DNA of 33,372 nucleotides from a virus (Duplodnaviria; Heunggongvirae; Uroviricota; Caudoviricetes): IMG/VR virus record IMGVR_UViG_2534681662_000018; one strand, 5' to 3'. Shown piece by piece: positions 1 to 9,511 of this stretch (position 1 is its first letter; each line of letters starts with the position of its first letter). The notes under the pieces were generated by a model. It saw only the letters and a program-made list of their open reading frames with translations, ran no database searches and was not told where the DNA came from. The position numbers and the translations under genes were made by a program.

Positions 1-1260
1 ATGTTAGCTCGTTCAGGGAAGGTAAGCATGGCTACGAAGAAGAGAAGTGGAGAAGAAATAAATGACCGACAAATCTTATGCGGGATGGGTATCAAACTAT
101 GCCGCTTAACTGCGGGTATCTGCCTGGTAACTCAACTTGTGTTCCCTATGGCTGCGGCAGCACAAGGGGTGGTAAACGCCGCAACCCAACAACCAGTTCC
201 TGCACAAATTGCCATTGCAAATGCCAATACGGTGCCCTACACCCTTGGAGCGCTGGAATCGGCCCAAAGCGTTGCCGAACGTTTCGGTATTTCGGTGGCT
301 GAGTTACGCAAACTCAACCAGTTTCGTACGTTTGCTCGAGGTTTTGATAATGTCCGCCAGGGTGATGAACTGGATGTCCCGGCACAAGTTAGTGAAAATA
401 ATTTAACCCCGCCACCGGGTAATAGCAGTGGCAACCTTGAGCAACAGATAGCCAGTACTTCACAGCAAATCGGGTCTCTGCTCGCCGAGGATATGAACAG
501 CGAGCAAGCGGCAAATATGGCGCGTGGATGGCCTCTTCTCAGGCTTCAGGCGCAATGACAGACTGGTTAAGCCGCTTCGGTACCGCAAGAATCACGCTGG
601 GCGTGGATGAAGATTTTAGCCTGAAGAACTCCCAGTTCGATTTTCTCCATCCGTGGTATGAAACGCCTGATAATCTCTTTTTCAGTCAGCATACTCTCCA
701 TCGTACTGACGAGCGTACGCAGATTAACAACGGCTTAGGTTGGCGTCATTTCACTCCCACATGGATGTCGGGCATCAACTTCTTTTTCGACCACGATCTT
801 AGCCGTTACCACTCCCGCGCCGGCATTGGCGCGGAGTACTGGCGCGACTATCTAAAATTAAGCAGTAACGGCTATTTGCGACTGACCAACTGGCGCAGCG
901 CACCTGAACTGGACAACGATTATGAAGCACGCCCGGCCAATGGCTGGGATGTACGCGCAGAAGGCTGGCTACCCGCCTGGCCGCACCTTGGCGGTAAACT
1001 GGTCTATGAACAGTATTATGGCGATGAAGTGGCCCTGTTCGATAAAGACGATCGGCAAAGTAATCCTCATGCCATAACCGCTGGACTTAACTATACCCCC
1101 TTCCCGCTGATGACCTTCAGCGCGGAGTAACGTCAGGGTAAACAGGGCGAAAATGACCCCCGTTTTGCCGTCGATTTTACCTGGCAACCTGGCAGCGCAA
1201 TGCAGAAACAGCTTGACCCGAATGAAGTCGCTGCACGGCGTAGCCTTGCAAGCAGCCGTT
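1..1260 (+). pseudogene. Host inverse-autotransporter adhesin gene (intimin/invasin family, YeeJ-like from memory), 5' portion, disrupted
   Basis: ORF 1..558 (LysM-like N-terminal region) and ORF 528..1130 (beta-barrel-like region) read as one protein split across two frames, implying a 1-nt frameshift in the 528-558 overlap. An in-frame TAA at 1128-1130 is followed by the same frame staying open to 1260. Sequence switches to Mu left end at 1261. Confidence 0.6.
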
Positions 1261-1432
1261 GTATTGATTCACTTGAAGTACGAAAAAAAACGGGAGGACA
1301 TTGGATTATTCGGGATCTGATGGGATTAGATTTGGTGGGGCTTGCAAGCCTGTAGCGCAAATTTTAGTCGTTAATCAATGAAACGCGAAAGATAGTAAAA
1401 AATTGCTTTTGTTTCATTGAAAATACGAAAAA
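1261..1432 (+). repeat. Mu left end (attL) with three MuA end-binding repeats (L1 about 1266-1287, L2 about 1370-1391, L3 about 1409-1430)
   Basis: Three copies of the roughly 22-bp motif ending in CGAAA(A) are visible: TGATTCACTTGAAGTACGAAAA, AATCAATGAAACGCGAAAG, TTTCATTGAAAATACGAAAA. Terminal TG at 1261-1262. Confidence 0.85.
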
Positions 1433-1597
1433 CAAAAACACTGCAAATCATTTCAATAACAGCTTCAAAAAACGTTCAAAACCGATAACAACCAAGCTGT
1501 CACCAAATGACTCATATCACAAATCAGCTTATGCCGTTTAGGTATGTTACATGTGTGATTATGTGAGGTGAAGTATGTTTTAGCTGGTTCATGGTTG

Positions 1598-2188
1598 TTA
1601 TACGGCTTTTTTTACCTCCTGTGGTTCCTGTGAAGGTACTACAACACTTTCCTGTTCATGAATCCCATACTTTGACAAAATCTCTTTGCGTTTTTCTTCA
1701 GGTAATGCATCTAGCATCATCAACGTCTGAATACTTTGCTGTGAAAATCCTATAAAGCTGTAAAGTTTCTGTTCATTAAATACAAGAGGCATTAACGCCA
1801 ACAACCCCCCTTTACTTAAAAGTTTCAGTGCCTTGCGTGCTTCATCTGGTTCCAGCTCTTCAATCATATTGATTAAGGTTGTGGTTAATTTGTTTATCAG
1901 TTCCGAAGAATCCTGTTTCTCATTGGCTTGAGCACCAGTATCCGGTGTGGATAACCCCAAGTGCGCAATAACTTGCTCTCGTTCTTTGGTGGGCATAGAC
2001 ATCACATCGTATTCAACAGCTTTCCCCCCCTTGACACCTTCCTTTTTTCGCTTCGTCCAGCCTTGAACATTTGCTCGATAGTGAACACCAGCAACAGATC
2101 CAGGCATACCATCAGCAGCCATAATTTCTTGCGGCGAACACCAAATTGACTTTTCAGTATTATCTTTTTCTATAAAGTTACTTTTCAA
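1598..2188 (-). CDS. c: Mu repressor c (196 aa)
   Basis: Minus-strand ORF; translation MKSNFIEKDNTEKSIWCSPQEIMAADGMPGS... recognised as Mu repressor. Leftmost gene, divergent from ner. Confidence 0.9.
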   Translation of the reverse strand: MKSNFIEKDNTEKSIWCSPQEIMAADGMPGSVAGVHYRANVQGWTKRKKEGVKGGKAVEYDVMSMPTKEREQVIAHLGLSTPDTGAQANEKQDSSELINKLTTTLINMIEELEPDEARKALKLLSKGGLLALMPLVFNEQKLYSFIGFSQQSIQTLMMLDALPEEKRKEILSKYGIHEQESVVVPSQEPQEVKKAV

Positions 2189-2357
2189 AATTTAAACCCC
2201 TTAATTATCAATGTGTTAACCAGTAACCAAAGGAATTTACTAAAAATCAGCTTTACAAAAAGCTTTTCAGTAATTATCTTTTTAGCAAGCTAGCTAAGTT
2301 TTTACACTTAGTTAAATTGCTAACTTTATAGATTACAAAACTTAGGAGGGTTTTTAA
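2189..2357. promoter_or_regulatory. Early regulatory region between c and ner (operators O1-O3, divergent promoters Pe/Pc, transpositional enhancer/IAS)
   Basis: AT-rich 169-bp divergent intergenic region between repressor and ner, with RBS AGGAGGG before the ner ATG. Individual operator positions not resolved; placement from Mu biology. Confidence 0.6.
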
Positions 2358-2585
2358 ATGTGTTCCAACGAAAAGGCCCGTGATTGGCATCGTGCGGATG
2401 TGATTGCGGGACTTAAGAAAAGAAAGCTCTCTTTATCAGCTCTTTCCCGGCAGTTTGGTTATGCGCCAACTACATTAGCTAATGCGCTAGAACGACACTG
2501 GCCAAAGGGTGAGCAGATTATTGCTAACGCCTTAGAAACTAAACCGGAAGTAATCTGGCCTAGCCGATATCAAGCAGGTGAATAA
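2358..2585 (+). CDS. ner: Ner, negative regulator of early transcription (75 aa)
   Basis: ORF 2358..2585, translation [39 protein letters not shown]... with HTH; first gene downstream of early promoter. Confidence 0.9.
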
Positions 2586-2586
2586 C

Positions 2587-4578
2587 ATGGAACTTTGGGT
2601 ATCACCGAAAGAGTGTGCGAATCTTCCTGGTTTGCCGAAAACATCGGCTGGGGTGATTTATGTTGCTAAAAAGCAAGGATGGCAAAACCGCACTAGAGCA
2701 GGTGTCAAAGGTGGTAAAGCAATTGAATACAATGCGAACTCTTTACCTGTTGAAGCGAAAGCGGCGTTATTACTGAGACAAGGAGAGATTGAAACAAGCC
2801 AGGGGTATTTTGAAATCGCCCGCCCCACGCTGGAAGCCCATGATTATGATCGTGAGGCACTGTGGAGCAAATGGGATAACGCCAGCGATTCCCAGCGCAG
2901 ACTTGCTGAAAAATGGTTGCCTGCGGTTCAGGCTGCAGACGAAATGCTGAACCAGGGGATTTCAACGAAAACGGCTTTTGCGACCGTTGCAGGGCATTAC
3001 CAGGTCAGCGCATCCACTTTGCGGGACAAGTATTACCAGGTACAGAAGTTTGCGAAGCCTGACTGGGCGGCTGCACTTGTTGATGGACGTGGAGCATCCC
3101 GTCGCAATGTTCACAAAAGTGAATTTGACGAGGATGCCTGGCAGTTTCTGATTGCAGATTATCTGCGACCGGAAAAACCCGCCTTCCGCAAATGTTATGA
3201 GCGTCTGGAACTGGCAGCCCGCGAGCATGGCTGGAGTATTCCCTCCCGTGCCACGGCCTTTCGCCGGATTCAGCAACTGGACGAGGCAATGGTTGTTGCC
3301 TGTCGTGAAGGTGAACATGCACTGATGCATCTGATACCGGCACAGCAGCGAACTGTGGAACACCTGGATGCCATGCAGTGGATCAACGGCGACGGTTATC
3401 TGCATAACGTCTTTGTACGCTGGTTTAACGGTGATGTGATCCGTCCGAAAACATGGTTCTGGCAGGATGTGAAAACCCGAAAAATTCTGGGCTGGCGCTG
3501 CGATGTGAGCGAGAACATTGATTCAATTCGCCTCTCGTTCATGGATGTTGTGACTAGCTACGGTATCCCGGAGGATTTTCACATCACCATTGATAACACC
3601 CGTGGTGCTGCGAATAAATGGCTGACGGGAGGCGCGCCCAATCGCTACCGCTTTAAGGTAAAAGAGGACGATCCAAAAGGACTGTTTTTACTGATGGGTG
3701 CGAAAATGCACTGGACAAGCGTTGTTGCCGGTAAAGGCTGGGGCCAGGCAAAACCTGTTGAACGTGCTTTCGGTGTTGGTGGGCTTGAGGAATACGTTGA
3801 TAAGCATCCGGCACTGGCTGGCGCATATACGGGGCCGAATCCGCAGGCAAAACCTGATAACTATGGCGACCGCGCTGTTGATGCAGAGCTGTTTCTGAAA
3901 ACCCTTGCCGAAGGCGTGGCGATGTTCAATGCCAGAACAGGCCGTGAAACAGAAATGTGCGGGGGCAAACTCTCGTTTGATGATGTTTTCGAGCGTGAAT
4001 ACGCCAGAACGATTGTGCGTAAGCCAACCGAAGAACAAAAACGGATGCTGTTACTGCCTGCCGAGGCGGGGAACGTTTCACGCAAAGGCGAGTTTACGCT
4101 TAAAGTTGGCGGCTCCCTTAAAGGCGCGAAAAACGTTTATTACAACATGGCATTAATGAATGCCGGCGTGAAAAAAGTTGTGGTCAGGTTTGATCCGCAG
4201 CAGCTACACAGCACGGTTTATTGTTACACCCTGGACGGTCGGTTTATCTGTGAAGCGGAATGTCTGGCACCTGTTGCATTTAATGATGCTGCGGCAGGCC
4301 GTGAATATCGCCGCCGCCAGAAACAACTGAAATCTGCAACTAAAGCAGCCATTAAAGCGCAGAAACAAATGGACGCGCTGGAAGTTGCTGAACTGCTGCC
4401 GCAGATAGCCGAACCAGCAGCACCAGAATCAAGGGTTGTTGGTATTTTCCGGCCTTCCGGTAACACGGTGCAGGTGAAATACCAGGAAGCCGATGATGAA
4501 TATGAAACTGATCGTGATGAATATCTGAATCATTCACTGGATATTCTGGAACAGAACAGACGTAAAAAAGTCATTTAA
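2587..4578 (+). CDS. A: MuA transposase (663 aa)
   Basis: ORF track gives 2578 (GTG); ATG at 2587 gives [32 protein letters not shown]..., the recognised MuA N-terminus. Length 663 aa. Confidence 0.93.
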   Translation: MELWVSPKECANLPGLPKTSAGVIYVAKKQGWQNRTRAGVKGGKAIEYNANSLPVEAKAALLLRQGEIETSQGYFEIARPTLEAHDYDREALWSKWDNASDSQRRLAEKWLPAVQAADEMLNQGISTKTAFATVAGHYQVSASTLRDKYYQVQKFAKPDWAAALVDGRGASRRNVHKSEFDEDAWQFLIADYLRPEKPAFRKCYERLELAAREHGWSIPSRATAFRRIQQLDEAMVVACREGEHALMHLIPAQQRTVEHLDAMQWINGDGYLHNVFVRWFNGDVIRPKTWFWQDVKTRKILGWRCDVSENIDSIRLSFMDVVTSYGIPEDFHITIDNTRGAANKWLTGGAPNRYRFKVKEDDPKGLFLLMGAKMHWTSVVAGKGWGQAKPVERAFGVGGLEEYVDKHPALAGAYTGPNPQAKPDNYGDRAVDAELFLKTLAEGVAMFNARTGRETEMCGGKLSFDDVFEREYARTIVRKPTEEQKRMLLLPAEAGNVSRKGEFTLKVGGSLKGAKNVYYNMALMNAGVKKVVVRFDPQQLHSTVYCYTLDGRFICEAECLAPVAFNDAAAGREYRRRQKQLKSATKAAIKAQKQMDALEVAELLPQIAEPAAPESRVVGIFRPSGNTVQVKYQEADDEYETDRDEYLNHSLDILEQNRRKKVI

Positions 4579-4616
4579 TTAACGTTTTAACAAAATTTAA
4601 TTACGAGGTTATTCAG

Positions 4617-5555
4617 ATGAATATTTCCGATATTCGCGCAGGACTGCGCACGCTTGTAGAAAATGAAGAAACCACCTTTAAACAAATTGCTCTTGAGAGC
4701 GGGCTTTCTACCGGAACTATCAGTAGTTTTATCAATGATAAGTACAACGGGGATAACGAGCGTGTTTCACAAATGCTGCAACGCTGGCTGGAAAAATATC
4801 ATGCAGTTGCAGAACTACCTGAACCGCCCCGCTTTGTGGAAACGCAGACGGTAAAACAAATCTGGACAAGTATGCGTTTTGCCAGCCTGACTGAAAGTAT
4901 TGCTGTTGTATGTGGCAATCCTGGTGTGGGCAAAACCGAAGCGGCCCGTGAATATCGCCGCACCAATAACAATGTCTGGATGATCACCATTACGCCATCC
5001 TGTGCCAGCGTTCTGGAATGTCTTACTGAACTGGCGTTTGAGCTGGGAATGAATGACGCACCACGCCGTAAAGGGCCACTCTCCCGTGCCCTGCGACGTC
5101 GCCTTGAAGGTACACAGGGGCTGGTTATCATCGACGAAGCTGATCATCTTGGTGCCGAAGTTCTGGAAGAACTCCGCCTGTTACAGGAATCAACCCGCAC
5201 TGGCCTTGTGCTGATGGGAAATCACCGGGTTTATTCAAATATGACGGGGGGTAACAGAACGGTTGAATTTGCCCGTCTGTTTTCCCGTATTGCAAAGCGC
5301 ACTGCAATTAATAAAACAAAAAAAGCCGATGTAAAAGCTATTGCGGATGCCTGGCAGATTAACGGCGAAAATGAACTGGAGTTATTACAGCAGATTGCGC
5401 AGAAACCAGGTGCGCTTCGCATTCTGAATCATTCACTTCGCCTTGCCGCCATGACGGCTCACGGTAAAGGTGAGCGTGTTAACGAAGATTATCTGCGTCA
5501 GGCTTTCCGTGAATTAGACCTGGACGTTGATATTTCAACGCTGCTGCGTAATTAA
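4617..5555 (+). CDS. B: MuB transposition ATPase / target DNA activator (312 aa)
   Basis: ORF 4617..5555; Walker A motif GNPGVGKTE; immediately downstream of A. Confidence 0.93.
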   Translation: MNISDIRAGLRTLVENEETTFKQIALESGLSTGTISSFINDKYNGDNERVSQMLQRWLEKYHAVAELPEPPRFVETQTVKQIWTSMRFASLTESIAVVCGNPGVGKTEAAREYRRTNNNVWMITITPSCASVLECLTELAFELGMNDAPRRKGPLSRALRRRLEGTQGLVIIDEADHLGAEVLEELRLLQESTRTGLVLMGNHRVYSNMTGGNRTVEFARLFSRIAKRTAINKTKKADVKAIADAWQINGENELELLQQIAQKPGALRILNHSLRLAAMTAHGKGERVNEDYLRQAFRELDLDVDISTLLRN

Positions 5556-5570
5556 GAAGGAGAAGAAATT

Positions 5571-5798
5571 ATGATGGCCCGAAATATAAAAATGGCAACG
5601 GATGCGCAGAACTGGTTACAGGCGCGCGGGAGTCATGTAAATGAATCATATCTCGGCGTGGCGCGTCCGATTCTTGAAATCACTTACCCACCGGTGGAAC
5701 TGGTAAAAAACGCGGTCAGAATTATGGAGCATAAATCCGGAGTTGCCCGTTCTGTATGGACGGCCCGTCTTAATGGTTGTCAGATTATCTGGAGATAA
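5571..5798 (+). CDS. kil: Kil-like small early protein (75 aa)
   Basis: First ORF after B; RBS GAAGGAGAAG upstream. Assignment by position and size in Mu. Confidence 0.6.
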
Positions 5799-5802
5799 AA
5801 AG

Positions 5803-6084
5803 ATGAAAAAAATTACGGCTTATGTCTGGGCAAGTGGCCTGATTGAGTTTGGCGATGTAGTTCCTGATGGTGCATTGCCTGTAATAAGCGGTGAGCCAAA
5901 AACAGTTAAAAACGCAATTGAAGTACTGGCGCGCCATTCACGAACCCGTCCGGTGCAATTGCTGGTTCCGGGTATCCCGGAAGCACCAGATCAGCGGGCA
6001 GCCCAGAAAGCATTAATCAGGTTTTGTCGTGATGTCAGATTCAGGGTTACACGCCCACGTAAGGCAGGCGTAAAACGTAAATAA
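5803..6084 (+). CDS. Early-region hypothetical protein (93 aa, basic C-terminus)
   Basis: ATG at 5803 preceded by GGAGATAAAAAG; in frame with track ORF 5743..6084; MKKITAYVWASGLIEF... Confidence 0.6.
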   Translation: MKKITAYVWASGLIEFGDVVPDGALPVISGEPKTVKNAIEVLARHSRTRPVQLLVPGIPEAPDQRAAQKALIRFCRDVRFRVTRPRKAGVKRK

Positions 6085-6125
6085 ATACAGTCATCTGGTA
6101 AATAAAATTTGAAAGGAGAAACAAA

Positions 6126-6395
6126 ATGGCAAAAGTAATCTTTGAATTTAACAATACAAGAAATATTGAGTTTCAGGAAAATGGAGGTTTTGCCGTAAAT
6201 ATGAATGTGCGACTGGAAGAATCCTCACCTGAGGACCAGACAGGACCACATGACGTAATGGCAGGCATCATCAAGAGCATGGCTCCTGAAATCATTAAAA
6301 AAGCGACCGAGGAGTTGTTGAAATCAGCCAGGGAGCTTGGGCTGGAAGCTGAGGGGAAATTATTCAGCTATAACCCGAATACAGCCAGACATTAA
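6126..6395 (+). CDS. Early-region hypothetical protein (89 aa, acidic)
   Basis: ORF 6126..6395 with RBS GAAAGGAGAAAC upstream. Confidence 0.6.
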   Translation: MAKVIFEFNNTRNIEFQENGGFAVNMNVRLEESSPEDQTGPHDVMAGIIKSMAPEIIKKATEELLKSARELGLEAEGKLFSYNPNTARH

Positions 6396-6415
6396 TTCGC
6401 AAAGGAACGCTGACA

Positions 6416-6835
6416 ATGAACGTCAAAATCCGAAATGAAATTCAGGCATTAATCCGAATTCAGGAACGCAATAACAACGGTGGTGAATTACGCGAGTTTA
6501 TTTGCGCCCGGAAAGTTGATGATTGTGGTGAAAAGACTTACCTGATTGCTTTCGACCATTACAGCATCTGTGCACGTTATTGCGGCGAAAGCATATCCCG
6601 CGCCATTGCATTTGGCGGTGCGTTCAACGTGGATTTATGGGAGTACGTCATGGACCGGGAATACATCTGCGCATCAGACCCTGAAGCCCGTGAAATGTGG
6701 CAGCGTATCTGGCGCGATTACCGGTTAATGGCAAAAGGCTGGGCGCGCTGCTGTTATTCCTCGCTTGCCCTGAAAGCGGTTCAGTTATCGCTGCGGCATA
6801 TTCCGGCATCACTGCGCGAGCCTCTGCTGTACTGA
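6416..6835 (+). CDS. Early-region hypothetical protein (139 aa, Cys-rich)
   Basis: ORF 6416..6835 with RBS AAAGGAACG upstream; multiple Cys (CARK...DDCGEK...SICARYCGES...). Confidence 0.6.
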   Translation: MNVKIRNEIQALIRIQERNNNGGELREFICARKVDDCGEKTYLIAFDHYSICARYCGESISRAIAFGGAFNVDLWEYVMDREYICASDPEAREMWQRIWRDYRLMAKGWARCCYSSLALKAVQLSLRHIPASLREPLLY

Positions 6836-7135
6836 ATGGTGGCTGACATGAAGTGTAATCGTAAGCGCTGGTCACGCGAAGACCGGGAATTTATCGAAGC
6901 CAACGTCGGGGAAATGACCGTTGAAGAAATGGCGGAAAAACTGAAAGTCGCCACAACCGCCCTCCGGGCACATGCCAGAAGGCATGGAATATCATTGTGT
7001 GTATACCGAATCAGTGAACACGACAAATATTTATGTCGTGAACTTTATAAAGAAGGACTGGATATTCATGTCATTGCCCGAAAGATGGAATTAAGCAATC
7101 GAGCTGTATCCAGCATTGTATACAGCGGATATTAA
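6836..7135 (+). CDS. Early-region hypothetical protein with HTH-like segments (about 95-99 aa)
   Basis: ORF 6836..7135; alternative ATG at 6848. Segments MTVEEMAEKLKVATTALRAHARRHGI and LDIHVIARKMELSNRAV look like helix-turn-helix. Confidence 0.5.
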   Translation: MVADMKCNRKRWSREDREFIEANVGEMTVEEMAEKLKVATTALRAHARRHGISLCVYRISEHDKYLCRELYKEGLDIHVIARKMELSNRAVSSIVYSGY

Positions 7136-7154
7136 TTAACAGGAGCTTTAATTT

Positions 7155-7679
7155 ATGGCTAAACCAGCAAAACGTATCAAAAGTGCCGCAGCGGCTTATG
7201 TGCCACAAAACCGCGATGCGGTGATTACCGATATTAAACGCATCGGGGATTTACAGCGCGAAGCATCACGTCTGGAAACGGAAATGAATGATGCCATCGC
7301 GGAAATTACGGAGAAATTTGCAGCCCGGATTGCACCGATTAAAACCGATATTGAAACCCTTTCAAAAGGCGTTCAGGGATGGTGTGAAGCGAACCGCGAC
7401 GAACTGACGAACGGCGGCAAAGGGAAGACGGCGAATCTTGTCACCGGTGATGTATCGTGGCGGGTCCGTCCACCATCAGTAAGTATTCGTGGTATGGATG
7501 CAGTGATGGAAACGCTGGAGCGCCTTGGCCTGCAACGCTTTATTCGCACGAAGCAGGAAATCAACAAGGAGGCGATTTTACTGGAACCAAAAGCCGTCGC
7601 AGGTGTTGCCGGAATTACGGTTAAATCGGGAATTGAAGATTTTTCCATTATTCCATTTGAGCAGAAAGCCGGTATTTAA
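7155..7679 (+). CDS. gam: Gam, Ku-like DNA-end-binding host-nuclease inhibitor (174 aa)
   Basis: ORF 7155..7679; MAKPAKRIKSAAAAYVPQNRDAVITDIKRIGDLQREASRLETEMN... recognised as Mu Gam; RBS AACAGGAGC upstream. Confidence 0.9.
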   Translation: MAKPAKRIKSAAAAYVPQNRDAVITDIKRIGDLQREASRLETEMNDAIAEITEKFAARIAPIKTDIETLSKGVQGWCEANRDELTNGGKGKTANLVTGDVSWRVRPPSVSIRGMDAVMETLERLGLQRFIRTKQEINKEAILLEPKAVAGVAGITVKSGIEDFSIIPFEQKAGI

Positions 7680-7777
7680 TACCACCATTAATATTTAATT
7701 AGTTCACATTCTTTTAATTATGGCGCGATGCGTCAGGGGATTGCTCGCGCCTGAAACAGATTACTGAGGAATAAAAC

Positions 7778-8317
7778 ATGGTTGATGCAAAAATTCTGAA
7801 TGGTGTCAGCACATTATTACGGGCTTACGGACGCCTGACCTGCGGAGTTCTGGCTGAAAAAATGAATATGCTGCCCTCGTCAATGGTGTATTTCCTGCGT
7901 GATGCGGTTGATGCCGGAGTGCTCACCGAATGCAACGGATTTTATGACGTTCCGCGCCCACGTCCGACGCCGCCTGTAAGACGAAACACAACTGAGCAGC
8001 CTGCTGTTGATGATGCGGTGTGGTGCAACTGGCGTCGCTCATTACCCTGGGTGGAAGGTAATACCATCCCCGCACTGGCAAAAGAGTTTGCGACAGGCGT
8101 ACTGACCTGTGAGTCCGTTCACATCGTTGCAGAAGTGGATGACGAGATGTGCAAACAGGGAATGCCCCGTTTTGTGATGGCTTATATCGATATCCGGCTG
8201 GGGCGGTTTATTTGCAGTTCAAGCGCCTGGAATATCACCGACCATGTACTGCGTTATCTCATCATTGATTTTTCATCAGCACCGGGTGTGGTGCAGGAGG
8301 CTGGTTGTGAAATTTGA
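7778..8317 (+). CDS. Early-region hypothetical protein (179 aa)
   Basis: ORF 7778..8317 with RBS TGAGGAATAAAAC upstream. Function unknown. Confidence 0.6.
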   Translation: MVDAKILNGVSTLLRAYGRLTCGVLAEKMNMLPSSMVYFLRDAVDAGVLTECNGFYDVPRPRPTPPVRRNTTEQPAVDDAVWCNWRRSLPWVEGNTIPALAKEFATGVLTCESVHIVAEVDDEMCKQGMPRFVMAYIDIRLGRFICSSSAWNITDHVLRYLIIDFSSAPGVVQEAGCEI

Positions 8318-9002
8318 AGACTGGGGTATTGATAAAAGTTGTGGCCGGGACGTCCTGGTGTACAAAAACTGTAGCGTGATTGAAGGAGAAGATGCCTGGC
8401 AGGTTCTGGATATACTTCGTTCTGCTTTATGCAGAGCTGGCTATGTTACGCCAGCGTCAGTTAATGGCGGAACTGCCACTACCTGTATCAGAAAGCAACT
8501 TTATAGTTTTTATACAGCCTACAACCGATGGTTAAAGAATGGGGCAATGGAGACGGGCGATGATGTATTTACCCGGGCTGCCGGATTATGTGCCAATGCT
8601 TACGATTATTTTGAATCAACCGGTGCAGACAGTGAAGCCGCATTAGAACAATTACATGCGGACTTTATCTCAGCAGGGCTGAATGAGAAATTGCCATTTA
8701 ACCGGGACAGCAAACATTACAGAAACGAAAGCAAATTGGCCAGATGCCACCTGAATTCAGCACGTGTGGCATGGGTTGAAAAACACTGTATTAGTTCTGA
8801 TTCAGAAATAACGGGGAAAAAGACAGTCGGTGAAAATTCGTATTCGTGGCTGGGGACATTCACCACGGTGAAACAGGAATGCTCGACCTGCGGTAATGAA
8901 AACCCTGAATATCTGAAAGAGTGCCCTCATTGTGGTGGGCAGAAATGCAACAACTGCGATATGGGCGATGACACGGCGTGCATGAATTGTGAAGGTGAAT
9001 AA
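8307..9002 (+). CDS. Early-region hypothetical protein with C-terminal 8-Cys zinc-ribbon-like motif (about 231 aa; start uncertain)
   Basis: Track ORF 8244..9002; in-frame GTG at 8307 is preceded by AGGAGG at 8295-8300, and an ATG at 8244 is also possible. C-terminus CSTCGNENPEYLKECPHCGGQKCNNCDMGDDTACMNCEGE. Confidence 0.55.
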   Translation: MKFEDWGIDKSCGRDVLVYKNCSVIEGEDAWQVLDILRSALCRAGYVTPASVNGGTATTCIRKQLYSFYTAYNRWLKNGAMETGDDVFTRAAGLCANAYDYFESTGADSEAALEQLHADFISAGLNEKLPFNRDSKHYRNESKLARCHLNSARVAWVEKHCISSDSEITGKKTVGENSYSWLGTFTTVKQECSTCGNENPEYLKECPHCGGQKCNNCDMGDDTACMNCEGE

Positions 9003-9003
9003 T

Positions 9004-9369
9004 ATGAATAATGAAACTAAATTTACGCCTAAACACCTGGATGAGGAGCTGGTGAAGGCAGGAATGCTGGAGCGTATGCGGGATATCATTGAGTTTGCAA
9101 TTGATAACGAACTTACCGCTCGTGAGGCATTAGAGATTATCAACCGTGAAATTGAACTCATCAAAGACGTAGTGAAACTTGATAACAAAATAGCCCGCGA
9201 CAAATTTGTTCGTCGCGAGCTTGGATTAAACGAGACAGATATTATCCGTCCTCAAGATTATTTGTGTTTGTTTAATCCTTTTGATAATCGGAGATTTGAG
9301 CAGAAAGATTGTCCAGATGCCAGTTCAGGTCAATCTCAGCATTCTGGCGGAAAGAATCAGCCTCTTTAA
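9004..9369 (+). CDS. Early-region hypothetical protein (121 aa; 3' end uncertain)
   Basis: ATG at 9004 after AAGGTG; AT-rich; the 3' 98 nt overlap the convergent minus-strand ORF 9272..9511. Confidence 0.5.
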   Translation: MNNETKFTPKHLDEELVKAGMLERMRDIIEFAIDNELTAREALEIINREIELIKDVVKLDNKIARDKFVRRELGLNETDIIRPQDYLCLFNPFDNRRFEQKDCPDASSGQSQHSGGKNQPL

Positions 9370-9511
9370 TGGTTTGTCGTGTTGTGGAAATAATGCTGTC
9401 AGCCTCGTCAATAGTGATTACTCCTTTACGAACGAGAGTTATGAGCAGATTACCTGACAACACAAATGAACAATAATCAAATGGAATAAGAGATAATTGA
9501 TTGTCAGACAT
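9272..9511 (-). CDS. Candidate small antisense protein (79 aa)
   Basis: Minus-strand ATG at 9511 preceded by AGGAGA with 5-6 nt spacing (minus-strand sequence AACAGGAGACACTT-ATG). N-terminal 47 codons lie in the 215-bp AT-rich gap between the upstream ORF and gemA. Codon use is plausible. Confidence 0.35.
   Translation of the reverse strand: MSDNQLSLIPFDYCSFVLSGNLLITLVRKGVITIDEADSIISTTRQTIKEADSFRQNAEIDLNWHLDNLSAQISDYQKD

Noticed and set aside
1133-1360. 75-aa minus-strand ORF spanning the host/phage junction
   Set aside because: It crosses the insertion breakpoint at 1260/1261 and the MuA-binding repeats, so it cannot be an ancestral gene of either partner; no RBS.
2705-3405. Minus-strand ORFs (86, 147 and 112 aa) inside the transposase A gene
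   Set aside because: Nested antisense to a well-recognised gene; no start signals; the pattern is typical of chance open frames.
7720-7754. Tiny ORF MARCVRGLLAP within the post-gam hairpin
   Set aside because: Only 11 codons, no RBS, and the sequence is better explained as the two arms of a GC-rich dyad.
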